Of a DNA stretch of 64,000 nucleotides, positions 25,478 to 38,462 are shown one piece after another (position 1 is the stretch's first letter; each line of letters opens with the position of its first letter). The stretch covers positions 109,273,573 to 109,337,572 of the forward strand of contig NC_068983.1 in the NCBI RefSeq assembly GCF_001194135.2, written 5' to 3'. This DNA comes from Octopus bimaculoides (taxonomy: Eukaryota). The translations under genes were made by a program, and so were the position numbers. The notes under the pieces are model-generated. The model saw only the letters and a list, made by a program, of their open reading frames with translations, ran no database searches and had not been told where the DNA came from.

Positions 25478-28400
25478 TTTGTAGGTCAGAATTTAGTGTA
25501 ATTGACATTAAACATTACAATCACTATTTGCAGTGAACAGGTCCTTTTTGTTTTAATAAGAACACTTCAAGCAAAACTTGAAAACTTCTTTCACTTATTT
25601 TATTAGTAATTGTACTCTTGTGAGAGACCTAAGGTCTTTGCAGTATTTAATGTTCTAATGGTGTTTCTGAATACATTTATTTATTTATTCATTTACTGTT
25701 CGTGTCAAATTAGATAGAAAAATATTCTTTGGCAGATGTAAGTTAGGTTTAATAAAAAAAAAAAAAAAAAAAAGAGATGGTACCTATAACTTTTCATTTA
25801 ATTTCTCTGAGTAACATGCAGCAATCAGTCTGATAATTCTGCAAGCATGAATAACTATCAATTAGTTGAGTATGTCTCAATTTAATTAACAAGAAGCATT
25901 AATACAATTTTAAAAGAAAGGAAACAATTACAGTTCACCTGTAAAGATTTATTAACTAAATGTAATGCAATGTCAAAGTTGGAAAATTTAAGTGTGTATA
26001 ATTGCAGAAGAGAAGAATTTTTTTTACAACTTTACAAAAAGGGTGTGGAAGGATGAAAGAAAATATCTGAGAATTCTTCAACGATGAATGCTATTTAGAT
26101 ACATTAATGGTGGTACTTTCAATAGAGTTTCCAAAATAGAAAAGATTAATGATGAGTTAAAAGGTAATAAACTAAATTTTAAACAATTGAATTTTTTCAC
26201 TCATTAGGATCTTGTATAGTATGTGAAGGAAAATTCAGGAATAATAGCCTGATTAAAACAATTTTTCTCTCTAATTAGGAAAACAACAAGCAAAATTGCA
26301 GACTATATCTCATTCTTTCAAGATATATGTGCGAATGTGTGTGTGTGTGTGTGTGAGTGCTTGTGCATATATATATTGTAGATAGCATGACATAGCATAG
26401 AAGAAGTTATAACATATGTAATTAAGAAGCAGCAGAGATTAAGATGTTAGTATAGATAGAAGGGAATCAAATGCACATTGTTCAATCCATCTATTAAAGG
26501 GATTAGTTTTTACTTTAAGGTTCATTCTTAATTCTTTCTATGCCAATATATCATTTTCATGTGCCCTTGTTTATTATTATCTAACCTGAATTATTTAACT
26601 TTGAAAGGATTGCTGCAACTGTCTTAAAACCTTCCTATTTAATTTTTACTTATTTTACCAGTAATTTGATGCTCTTTGCAATACACATTTGTATGAATGA
26701 TGCACAATAGAATTGTTCAGAAATTCTCTTTTATAAAATAGCCAGCATTCAGTTATTTTCTCAATTCATTTACATTCAGAGTACCTGCAGAAAGTACTAT
26801 TGCAAAGGATTGTATCTAGATCATTATCATCTGTACAATGTGTTCTTCATTCCCTATTTATACTTTGGTACTAACATGTCTCTTCTGATATATGCATCAT
26901 GTTCATTCTTCATATAAAACCGACATTGATTTTCTATGATATTACAAGCAATTAACAATGTTTTTCTCCTGTATTTACATATCCTAAATTAGTATCCTTT
27001 TACCTACGAATAGTGTAACTGATGTATTGTCTTAAATATTTAGATTTTAAAATCCTATACTGTTTTAGTATGCAGTTACATTTAAAAACAGAACTATTTC
27101 AATTTTTTGTTTAAAAAAATAATAATATCCTATAACCCTAGATTTTTATATCATTAAATTCACTGGAAAATAATGTTAAATGTTTAGATTATCAAAAGTA
27201 CTGTAATATATGCAAAACAAGACTATGTGATGTCAAAGTTAAGCTAGCAGGCTCTGAAAATAATATTAAAAAGTACTTGTGTTGTTCTGAAAATAAAAAA
27301 AATGCTTTCTTTTTAGATGACAACTGAGTGTTATTGTTGGATGTATTCAATCACTATTCATAAGAAAGTTGACACTGTATTTGTTTTAAACAAAAATTAG
27401 CATTTAAAGGAACTTGGTTTCATTTCTTTATATCACCCCATAAATCTTACTTTGACAGTATTGTAGCATGACAAGCAAATTATTTTTGTTTGGAATACAT
27501 TCAGCAAGTGTGATAAAAAGGAAAAATAAATAAATAAATAAATAAATAAATAAATTTAAAATATCTATTTTCTCTGAAGAATGTATACTGGTTTTCATTA
27601 TGTCTGTACTTTAGTTTTTGCTGCAGTTATACCAGCTAAATATTAAATCAAACCCACAATAATATCATAATTTATAAACCTCAATTTGAGGCTAAAAAAG
27701 CAACAGGCTTGCTGACAAGATGCAAACTGCAAGTTTGATGGACAACTAAATTATTGGTTACATTATAAAGTGCCTGACATGACCTAAGCTTAAATGAGAT
27801 ACTATTAATTTCTTTTTATTCTATTTAATTTGCTTTATTGTATTTCCACAAGTATCTCATTTGCTTTACATGTAATTCATCAGTCACTAAGGCTGTGCAA
27901 CATAGTGAGGTATCCAACTTCAGTTAGATAATTTCATCCAGAACTAACCTCATGCATTGAACTAATTATGTTTAACCCACTATCACTGAGTATCTAACAA
28001 ATTATTTGTAAAACAACTGAGATTTTTATTGAGATAGAACAGTTAAAATGAATGAAATGACTTTTTATCACTTAATTTGGAAAGAGAGAATGGTAGGCAT
28101 ACTGTAGTGAAATCAATAATATGATACTGGTAAATAGTAAATATATGTTGAGTCCCAACAGTGGAAATGTTACTTAATTTGTTTAATATTACTACTCATA
28201 AAGCCTACCATTTACGTTCAGTTTAGATAATGTAAGGTAATATTTAGGTAATGTAAGCTGTAAAGTTCATTTTTATAAATGCTATGTTAGCAGATTATAT
28301 AACACATTTGTGTGTGTGTGTATGTGTGTGTGTGCGCATCTGTATGTGTATGTGTGTGCACGCACACACAACTATGTATTCTTTGTATTTATACTTCTGT

Positions 28401-29229
28401 GCTCCTTAGCATGTATGCATATAAGCATTCATGCCTGCATGCGTATTGGAGAGGTGATACACATTAGAGTAATCTTTTGGCAAATTTTATTTACCTTTCT
28501 GCTATAAGTAAGATTTGTACATTACTAAAAGTATACACCACCCCAATGCACACACACACACATTCATACAAATTTGCATAAATATATGTACAAAAAAGCA
28601 CACTAGATGTTTCAACTTATACCCAACTGTTCACACACATATAAAAATAAAAATTCATATTACAAAACTACTCATAATGGATGTCTTTAAGAGTAATTTG
28701 TTAACTTACATTAAGATTAAGTATATCGTAAGAATATGTATTCTTTATTTATCCTCTAACCTGTTTTTTTTTTGTTTTTAATTAAGCAGAATCTTTAGAG
28801 CAATGGACATAATACGTCATGGTATTTTTTCCAACTCTCTATACACTTAGTTGAAATCAAACTGAGGTCAACATTGCCTTTCATCCTTTAAGGTTTTATC
28901 AAAAAGAAGCTTCAATCCAAAGTGGTGAAGTGGTAGAATTGTAAGAACATCAGCCCAGATGCCTAACATTACACTTTGTGTTGTGAATTTAAATCCTACG
29001 ATGACCTATTTGTATTAGATGCCTTAACCTGCCACTTATTTTCTCAAACAGAAATGAGAAAGAAAAGGAATTGGATTTTTCCAATATAATTTAATGACAT
29101 TCTTATGACTATTCAGAAAGTATTCTATTTGAAAATTCTTTAATCTCATAGTACAGTTTTTTCGCTTTTTTAAATATGAAATAAAGTGAAAAATTAGTAC
29201 ATGTATTTTAATTGCATATCACGAAATAT

Positions 29230-29620
29230 TGCAATAGAACACTGCTTCCAAATTTGAGGCCCTACTACTGCTACATACACAAACATCCTTGACTCCATTA
29301 CAAATATCCACTGACAAATTATCAGGGAGTCTTTCACTAATACACTTCAACCTCTAGTTCACAGATCAGCTACCTCTTTCTTCTACCTACTTCATCTCCT
29401 CTACAATGGTGTAGATATAGCTAACTCCATGTCACTTTTCCCAAATCACTCTTGACACACTCGTCTCTCCATCTCTTTTCTCCCAAACAGTGTGTACATT
29501 TCTCAACCAGGCCACTCTATAACTTCTTTATCTAATCCTTTCTTCCCATCTGGAGTTACATTCCCACTCATGTTTTTCCTGTAGATATTCAAGGTGAATG
29601 TCTACTAAATCAACATCACC
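29230..29620 (+). mobile_element. probable CR1/L2-type LINE 3' relic
   Basis: IIRESFTNTLQPLVHRS and HTRLS..SFP resemble the LQPLxHRR...RTRLS...SFFPRT C-terminus of CR1/L2 ORF2. Heavily decayed. Confidence 0.4.
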
Positions 29621-29871
29621 AGTCTTACAAGAATGAAGGTTACGAGTGCATTCTTTTCTTTCTAATCTTATAACTAAAAAGAAAATGCTAACAATTTATT
29701 TATTTGAACATTTAGAACATAATTATTGACGAGAAAAAAGAGCACCAATGATTTGATTCAGGGCCTTTGAGACTAGTAGAAAAAAAATAAAAGGTTATCA
29801 GATTGGAGACATTACCCAGGTGTTGTAGAAAAGTGAACTTTATCAACAACACCGGTTGGCCAAGAGATGCT

Positions 29872-29930
29872 TTTTAACTGACAAACTTCTTTTCAACTGG
29901 CAAACTTCTTTTTAACAGGCAAACTACTTT
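29872..29930. repeat. 19-bp minisatellite, 3 copies
   Basis: ttttaactgacaaacttct / tttcaactggcaaacttct / ttttaacaggcaaactact. Confidence 0.7.
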
Positions 29931-29966
29931 TACTACTCAAGAACAAGAATGGTTCCTCCTGCACAC

Positions 29967-30665
29967 CATCATCATCATCATCATCATCGTTTAAGGTCCA
30001 CTTTACATGCTGGCATGGGTTGGCTGATTTGACTGAGGACTGGCGAACCAGATGTCTGCTTGAGGCTCCAATCTGATCTGGCAGAGTTTCTACAGCTGGA
30101 TGCCCTTCCTAACACCAACCACTCCGAGAGTGTAGTGGGTGCTTTTACATGCCACAGGCATGAGAGCCAGTCTGGCGGTACTGGCAACGGCCATGCTCAA
30201 ATGGTGTTTTTTACATGCCACCTGCACAGCAGCACTGGCAACGACCTCGCTCAAATGTTTTTTCATGTACCACTGGCACAAGTACCAGTAAGGCAATGCT
30301 GGTAATGATCATGCTCAAATGGTGCTGTTAGCACACCACTGGCACGGGTGCCAGTCCTTGAATTTGGTTCGATTTCAATTTCACTTGCCCCAACAGGTCT
30401 TCACAAGCAGAGTTTAGTGTCCAATGAAGGAAATGTTGGCACAGGTGCCAGTCATTGAATTTGGTTCGATTTCGACTTCACTTGCCTCAACAGGTCTTTG
30501 CAAGCAGAGTTTTGTGTCTAAAGAAGGAAGGAAAGGTATGCATAAGTGGGCTGGCTATACCCCTGGTAAAGGCCATGGGTTATGGTCTCACTTGTCTTGC
30601 CGGGTCTTCTCACGCACTGCATATTTCCAAAGGTCTCAGTCACTAGTCATTGCCTCGGTGAGGCC
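29967..30665 (-). mobile_element. RTE-LINE 3' end on the minus strand with internally duplicated 3' UTR
   Basis: (CAT)n tail at 29967 and reverse-complement tail motifs (gcccttcctaacaccaacc, gggtgcttttacatg). The ORF end ggcctcaccgaggcaatgactagtgactgagacctttgg lies at about 30630-30665. Confidence 0.85.
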
Positions 30666-30689
30666 AGATATTAACTTTATTACTTTTAT

Positions 30690-32800
30690 AAATGAAAGAC
30701 TGCTGAACATGGAGAATGAATGGGAGGAGGAGAGTCAGCCATATGTTGACCCAATTGAGGGACCAGCTACCCAAATCGACAGTACCTTGGTAGATAAAGC
30801 AATTAAGGATATGAAGACTGGGAAAACACCTGGCCCATCAGGAATCACTGCTGAGATGCTTAAAATATCTGGCGGAGTAGATTATGGTCTAGTCACTCAT
30901 GTTGTAAATCAGGTTGTACACAAGCGAGTCATACTTAATGACTGGTGTAGCAGCACCGTAATTAACTGCTACAGAGATAAAGGTGATGCCTTAGATAGAA
31001 ATAATTACAGAGGTATCAGATTGTTGAATCAGGTGATGAAAGTTACAGAGAGGGTCATAGCCCAACTAATTAGGGAGAGAGTTAGTCTAGATGAGATGCA
31101 GTTTGGTTTTGTGTCAGGGAGAAGCATCACTGATACTATATTTCTGGTAAGGAAGCTGCAGGAGAAATACCTAGCCAAAGATAAACCTGTGTACTTGACT
31201 TCTATTGACTTGGGAGAAAGCCTTTGCTGGGGTCTCCCAGTCCCTTATCTGGTGGTCAATGCAGAAACTAGGGATAGATGAGTGGTTGGTGAGGGCTGTA
31301 CAACCCATGTACAGGGATGCTACTAGTAAGGTGAGGATTGGCAACAAGTACAGCAAAGAATTCAGGGTAAAAGTAGGGGGTTCATCAAGGATTGGTCTTC
31401 AGCCCCATCTTGTTCATCATAGTCCTCCATGCAATAACAGGAATTTAAGATGGCTATGCCTGGGAGCTCCTCTAAGCTGATGATTTTGTTTTTGTAGCTG
31501 AATCACTACCAGAACTAGAGAAGTTTCAAGTATGGAAGCAAAATCTAAGATCAAAGGGCCTTAAAGTTAACCTACCAAAAACTGAAGTCTTAGTAAGTAG
31601 GAAGGTGGACAAATCACAAACCTTTTCAGGTAGATGGCTTTGCTCGATCTGTATAAAAGACATAGGTAGAAACTCCATAAGATGTACCCGGTGTAAGCTA
31701 CGGATACATAAGAGGTGCAATATCAGAGGAAGGTTAACAGGGAAAATAGCATTTGTATGTGGAAGATGCACAGGTACAATAAACACTGAAAATGTATAGA
31801 AAATTGACTTCATCAACTGCCAGGGGGGTAGGCTAGAGGTACAAGATAGCTTCCATTATCTAGGTAACCAAATTAGTAGCAGAGGTGGATGCTCTGAGAA
31901 TAAGATTAGGCTGGGCAAAATTCAGAGCGCTCCTACCCCAGCTGGCAACAAACGGCCTCTCTCTCAGAGTGAAAGGCAGATTTTGTGATGCCTGTGTGCG
32001 GTTGTTTGTGCCTGTATGCTGCATGGCAGTGAAACATGAGTTGTGACAGCCGAGGACATGTGTAGGCTTGAAAGAAATGAAACCAGTATGCTTTGCTGGA
32101 TGCACAATGTTATTGTGCATATTTGACAGAGTGTAAACATCTTGAGAGAAAAGTTAAGCATAAGAGCTATCAGTGGTGTGCAAGAGAGATAATTGCATTG
32201 GTGTGGTCATTTGATGCATACGGACGAGGACAGCTGTGTATAGAAGTGCTGGTCTCTAACTGTGGAGGGAACCTGTAGTAGAGGTGGATCCAGGAAAACA
32301 TGAGATGAAGTGGTGAAGCATGATCTTCGAACTTTGAAATGATCAGTGACTAAGACCTTTGGCAATATGCTGTGCTTGAGAAGACTGGTCAAGTCAATTA
32401 AAATCGTAGTCATGGCTGATGCTGGTGTCATGTAAGTGGCACCTGTGCCAGCATCACATAAAAAGTATCTTCTGAGTGTTGGGCCTCACAGAGACAAAGT
32501 GGCTGAGCTCTTTTCCAGTGTTGGACCGCATGGAAGCAATGGCTGAGACCTCTGGCATTATGTCGTGCTTCAGAAGACCAATCAAGCCAAGCAAAATCAC
32601 AGTCATGGGAGATATTGGTGTCACACAAATGGGACCTATGCTGGTGGCCCATTACACTCTCAGAGAGATTGATGTTAGGAAGGGCATCCAGCCATAGAAT
32701 TTGTGCCAAATCAGACTGGAGCCTGGTGCGGCTCTCCAGCTTGCCAGTATCAATCACACTGTCTAACGTATGGACAACAAACATTAAATGATGATGATGA
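30690..32800 (+). mobile_element. RTE-type LINE, 5'-truncated: RT domain with PHD-type finger, C-terminus and 3' UTR; frameshifted
   Basis: AIKDMKTGKTPGPSGITAEMLK, NNYRGIRLL, LDEMQFGFVSGRSITDTIFLVRKLQEKY, IDLxKAF, SLIWWSMQKLGIDEWLVRAVQPMY, GLKVNLPKTEVL, Cys finger, LHGSET, RNETSML and a (GAT)n tail. Confidence 0.93.
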
Positions 32801-32879
32801 GGATATATGAGTGATAGACAGAGTGAGAAAGAGAGAGGATAGTGAGAGAGAGAGAGAGACTAATATATGTATTATGTAC

Positions 32880-32975
32880 GTGTAGTTGTATAGTAAGTTT
32901 ACTTCCCAGCCACATTGTTCCGGGTTCAGTTCTACTGTGTGGCACTTTCAGCAAGTGTCTTCTACTGTAGCTCAT
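32880..32975 (+). mobile_element. SINE family A 5' fragment (tRNA-like head)
   Basis: cttcccagccacattgttccgggttcagttctactgtgtggcac...gcaagtgtcttctactgtagc matches the family A head. Confidence 0.65.
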
Positions 32976-33250
32976 AACTCAGCGGCTCAACAAAAGTGAC
33001 CGACAGAACAAGCACTAAGTTCAAAGGATTTCCTTTCCAAGAGTTTGGGTGACCGACAATGCATGATAGAAAGTACTTTTGCAAAGTATTGCAGGGTGGG
33101 AATTAATCCTAAAACACATAGATGCAAAGCTAACTCGTTAGCCATGTTTAAAGCAAGAGCTTCTGCTAAGCACTATCGTTTTGTAGCTAACATTAGCATA
33201 ACAATTTCAGTAAGAAATACACATGCACTTAATAATTCAAAGTAAGAGAA

Positions 33251-33286
<36 letters not shown>

Positions 33287-34899
33287 CTGGCTAGTGATAT
33301 TATAATTGCCAACACATTTAGTTATTAATCAATAACATCTTTTTTTTTTTTAATATTTTGAGTTACCTGATTCCCAGTCTACTATTACTATCATAACATC
33401 ATCTAGAAATAAAAGAAAAGGTTTTAAAACAGTTATTAAGTCTCTCTTTCATTTTGGATATATCTTCAAAGCTACTTAATCCTCACACTTACTGATAAAT
33501 ATTTCTTATACTTTTCATGCTATTTATAGCTTATGTATTCTGAGTAATTTCTGCAGATCATATTTAAATTTCAATATATTAGCTTCAGTTATCACTCTAC
33601 CTTCATCGTCTATAGGTCACATGCTACAGAGAATTGCAATTTTAATACAAACATTATATAATCTACTTTTCCATTGTGATAATTTTTTTATGATAAAAGT
33701 AGCTGTTTACTTCATTTATTGGAACAACTTTAAACTTCTGACTCTTTGTTATTCTTGTAGGCAATGATAGCATAACATTGAGAACAGTTTAGTCATATCA
33801 GTAAGTCACTTTCTTTACATTTAGACTAATTGCACTAGCAGCTACAACCATATCTTTTTCTATTTAATGTAATAATGCCCTATGAGTTTTAAACACCTAA
33901 TTTACATCTATCATCTGTTGAGTACAGTATTTCTTTCTTAATTATGATTTAAAAGTATTACTTTTATAATATTTTCAAATTCATTCATAGTAGCCTAACT
34001 AAATCAGATTACATCAGGAAATAAAAGATATGCTACAAAAAAATTGAGATTATCCATAAAAGTCCTGAATCATTTCAAATATCAAAATAAGAAAAAAAAA
34101 ACTGTAAGAATATATCAAAATTATAAATTTAATAGTGTTTTATTTTTATTTACAATGTTCATATTTTCATTAGTAAAAATCTTTATTATTCCTATTTTTA
34201 TTAGATTTATATTTATTTCTGACTCTCTTTTGTTCAGTGTAATCATTTTTCAATTCAAATATAATCCAATTTCTACACTATATTCATACTATTATGTGTC
34301 AATTGTTCTAAGAGTCTAAATTTTTTTAAGTGAAAATTTTCTATGGCATTACATACACAATAAATTTTGAATGACAATATATGACTACTGTTGAAGTTTC
34401 TGAGATATTTTACTACTTGAGGAATAAATACAGGAATGTAATGAGATCTCTATTACTCTAAATGAATAACATTCATTGCAATGAATATCATTCACAATTT
34501 AGTATTTGCATTTTGAAACAAGATTTAAGCATCATTATGCATTTTGAAACATTACAGGTCTGGGTTTTTTTGAGTTAATATCACAAACATACTTATAAGA
34601 TCTGCTACAAATAAAAAATCTAAATGGTGTCAAAATGTAAATAGCGGAAATAAAATATGGATATTAAATTTATTGGAAATAATATGTATCCTATACTTAT
34701 GATAAGACATAAATAATGTTTGTGATTGAGCACTGACAAATATTGCCAGATTTTGACAGAAGTGAATTTCTAACAATGTTACTGAGGTCAGTAATACCAG
34801 TAACAAAACATTGAAATAAGTTTGAGTTGTAGGGTGTGTCATTGGAACTTAGATACATATCACCATTCATAAATTGGAAAATATTATTCACAAAAATAA

Positions 34900-35620
34900 A
34901 AGAAAGAAAAATAGTTGACCTCTGAAATATTTTATGTAGTCAGTGCTTGATGAAGAATCATTGTCATGTTCAATACAGTTGGGTTATAAGGATTCACTGA
35001 ATCCAGATATTTACTGCAATGAAGCTTCTGATGTCAATTTTAAAATGTTTTGCTGATGCTAGTTTCAATATAATCCATGTTACAGTAATTTCATTGGGAT
35101 AATATTATTCTTATATAATGGAGCGAAAAATATCATCAACTACATTTTGTATAATTAGACCTAGAGAAGACTATGAAGGATGTACAAGGCATTCATCAGG
35201 ATTTTTTCCATTATCTCAGAAATATTTTAGAAGATGAAACAAATTTCATAATTCATTACCAAATGCAAAGCAAGTAGGTAGACAATGAGGGAAAATGGAG
35301 GCAAAAGAAGGGTAGAAATTTTAAATTGCTTAATGACAGGTGTTTGTTTAAGACAGGTATTTGTTTTTTATAGAATGAATAATTTGGTGCAACTGCTGGC
35401 TTTAAGGGAAAAAAAATGTGACAGAAATAGAAATCATTTGGACTTGCTATAAATAAGGTCGACCCAAATGAGGATGAAATACATATTGTTGTTGCTGATG
35501 CAGAGGTTGGTCAAACAGAAAATAGGATGGGTTACCAAATTCACTAGAAATGCATTTAAAAGGCAACTTGAAAGCATTTAAAAGCTGGAAAGGAGGAAAA
35601 TTCATTACATTGGTACTTAA
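34900..35620 (+). mobile_element. possible very old LINE RT remnant
   Basis: Faint motifs in the expected order: LDLEKTMKDV (DLEKAFD), TGV..RQ (TGVRQG), IVVADA (LFADD). Many stops. Confidence 0.25.
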
Positions 35621-36809
35621 TCAAAATACTTTTCATATTCAAAATGGTTCCCTTGAACTGTCTGTTAGCAAATTTCAGGCATTAATATTTAATTGTTAGC
35701 CTAAACAACATTTAATAAATATTCTCTATTTAAGTTCTACCTGATAATGGATTGATGTATTGTGAAATTGGGGACTATTAAGACATGAACACCAAAGGAT
35801 TATGTTATTTATAGATAAAGTGTTTTCTATAGAATCAGAATAAATCTACACTTTTTACTATAGGATCAGTATAAAATTATACTTTCTCATGACATATCAA
35901 GGACACAAACTTTCACTTGCCATAGTTATAATATGGAATTTTAAATTTTCAGTCTTATTTTCTTGCAAATTTGCATAAATGATGGAAGTAAAGCTTGCTG
36001 CACATGTTGGATATATTCCATACTACCATATTTCAAAAAAGAAATTTACTAATTGACAGAGTAAATGAACAGTGTGATATTATCATCAAGCGCAGTAAGT
36101 TAATGCAATAACATGTGTTATAATATCATAATTTATAGAACGTTTCTCTCTCCTTTTATTTCTTTCTCTCTCTTTCTGCCTCACTCTTCGCTTTATCCTT
36201 TTTCTCTCTCTTGTTCTCTTTTCTCCTTCAATGTGAAAGCATTAGAATTTACGTTCCATCTACCTCACGCCATGGACACTTCTCTCACCCTCTTTTTCTC
36301 TAATCACATGAAAGTGTTACTAACAGGCTAAGTAACATAACGACAAGCAGAATTATTATAAGATTAAAACATGAAACAATATGCTTTAATATTGCTACAT
36401 TTTATAACTCTGAAATTAATTTTAAAAAGAGATAAACTATTGAATTTAAATTATATACCTTAATTAGTCCAATCAAACACACATTGAGGGTGTCTTTCAT
36501 ACTCTTAAGAACTTTTAATTTCTATAATTATTTGTATATTTTCTGCTTACTATCTTTAACTCTATATGGTACTACAATGACTCTCAACTCTATACATCAT
36601 ATTAAGCATTCTGTTCAATACTTCTGCAATTCATGTTGGTTAATCTCAGTGCTGTTTGTAAGAATGTTCATTATCAGGTGGAGTTTATAGCAAAATTGTT
36701 ATTTCAACCAAAATAAGTATTCAGCCCTGTTTTCATTTTAAGTCTCCACATTCAAATATCCTACTTATACAAAGAAATTAACTTTCTTACAAACCACAGG
36801 AAGCACATG

Positions 36810-37215
36810 TGCATATGATTTGATTTTAATGTAGAGGATGAGCAAACATTGGGAAGAAATGATGTGAACATGCTTCATTGAAAGTGCAATGTCAGTGTGC
36901 ATGAATAGCAGTGCACAAATGAACTGAGAGAAAAATTAGAAATAAAAGGAATCAGCTGCAATGTGTAAGAGAGAAGACTGAGTTAGTATGGACATGTGGT
37001 GCATGAAAGCTAACAGTAAAGTAGTGTCAAACAATCTAATTGAAAGAAATCAGCAGAAGATGACCAAGGAAGACATGAAAAGTAGTGGTAATGTGTGAAC
37101 TCGAAATGCTGAACCTGACAAGAGATGACATGAGATCACAGCAGTGATAGCTGCTGTGCTGGAGAAGGCCCATACAACACATGAAAACATGAGAAAAAGG
37201 ACACAAAAGGATGAT
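36810..37215 (+). mobile_element. RTE RT C-terminal relic
   Basis: ggaagaaatgatgtgaacatgcttcattg, gaactgagagaaaaattagaaataaaaggaatcagctgc, gagagaagactgagttagtatggacatgtggtg and gctgtgctggagaag. Confidence 0.65.
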
Positions 37216-37398
37216 CATCAGGACAATGTTTGTATCAAATTTCTGAATGTAAATCAAATTACCCAGAGTTCAAGTTATATAGAAAATTGAAACAAATTTT
37301 GAATGATTCTATTGGTGATTTAAAAATAATACTATTTCTCTTTATATAACAAATTTTCCTTAGGATAACCTAAAAAAGAAAAACTAGTCTTAACATTT

Positions 37399-37557
37399 GG
37401 ATTCCTCACCATACAGGTGACTGGCAGAACCATAAGATGCATTACGGATCTATAGCAATTGGAAGGGCATGACACAATTCAAATAAACATCAATAACTGT
37501 GTGACAGGAGGGCTATGGGGAAATGAAAGTGTCACCTATGGAGTTTGCCAATGATCA
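37399..37557 (+). repeat. 159-bp dispersed direct repeat, copy 1
   Basis: ggattcctcaccatac...gtttgccaatgatca aligns without large gaps to 38995-39153. Confidence 0.88.
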
Positions 37558-37588
37558 TAATAATTGTAGGCTTAAGATGACTTGGCAT

Positions 37589-37724
37589 TTTTTCTACTAT
37601 AGGCACAAGGCCTGAAATTTAGGGAAGGGGAGTAATTGATTACATCGACCCCAGTATCAACTGGTACTTAATTTATCAACCCAAAAGGATGAAAGGCGAA
37701 GTCAACCTCGGCAGAATTTGAACG
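37589..37724 (-). mobile_element. SINE family B, 5'-truncated, well preserved
   Basis: ttctactataggcacaaggcctgaaattt...gattacatcgaccccag...ctggtacttaatttatc...ggatgaaaggcgaagtcaacctcggcagaatttgaac. Confidence 0.82.
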
Positions 37725-38462
37725 AAAAGGAAAAAAAAAAAGGTTTAGATTTTAAAACTTTTATTGAGGTACAGCTATATAGAGTCATGTTCTGCTATAT
37801 TTTATCTGAAATACAGTATTCAAATTATTGATAAGAAGCATACACATTTTGAATAAGATATCTATATATAAACTAAACATAACAAACTATCACTATTAAA
37901 TTACAGAGCACTGATCAAAGTTTTAGACGTATTCAATCAAAATTTTATAACTGCTATTGTCTTAATGTTATCTAAAATATATAATTGCAGCCATAAGATT
38001 TATGATGTCTTACAAATAAAATCAGTTTCTGTTATAACTTTATAGAAAGCAAATAAAATGTTACATAGAAACCAAAGCATGCTCATTACTTACTTGCTGT
38101 AAGAATTAAAGTTTATTTAGTAATTGAAAATTAGCATTCAAAGTAACTATTTAGAGTCTGTTAACATATAGTAGGGATAGAGATTCTCATGTGTCAGATA
38201 GATATATAGAAAGAAATATAGTTGAAAATATTATTAAAATGAATTCAGAAAACATTTGTTATAATTAGAATTCAAATCAAAAAGCAATTCAATAAGATAT
38301 TCAATTTCAAAGTAAAGAAAAGCTGTCATAACCAACAAACATCAAATTTTCAACATATTGTATAGTGTAATTATTCTAATGATGCGTATATGGATGCATG
38401 TATGTGTGTGTACATTTGTGTGTGTGTATATATATATANNNNNNNNNNNNNNNNNNNNNNNN

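Noticed and set aside
20130-25508. Long ORFs containing X runs
   Set aside because: They stay open only because they cross N gaps.
30424-31281. 285-aa ORF as an intact gene
   Set aside because: It is a chimera of antisense LINE UTR and a frameshifted RT fragment, so it is reported as a mobile element.
35150-35420. BEL/Pao RT resemblance (DLEK...IH.D...YLR...HY.M, FGAT)
   Set aside because: The spacing to FGAT is wrong, and the motif order fits a decayed LINE RT at least as well.
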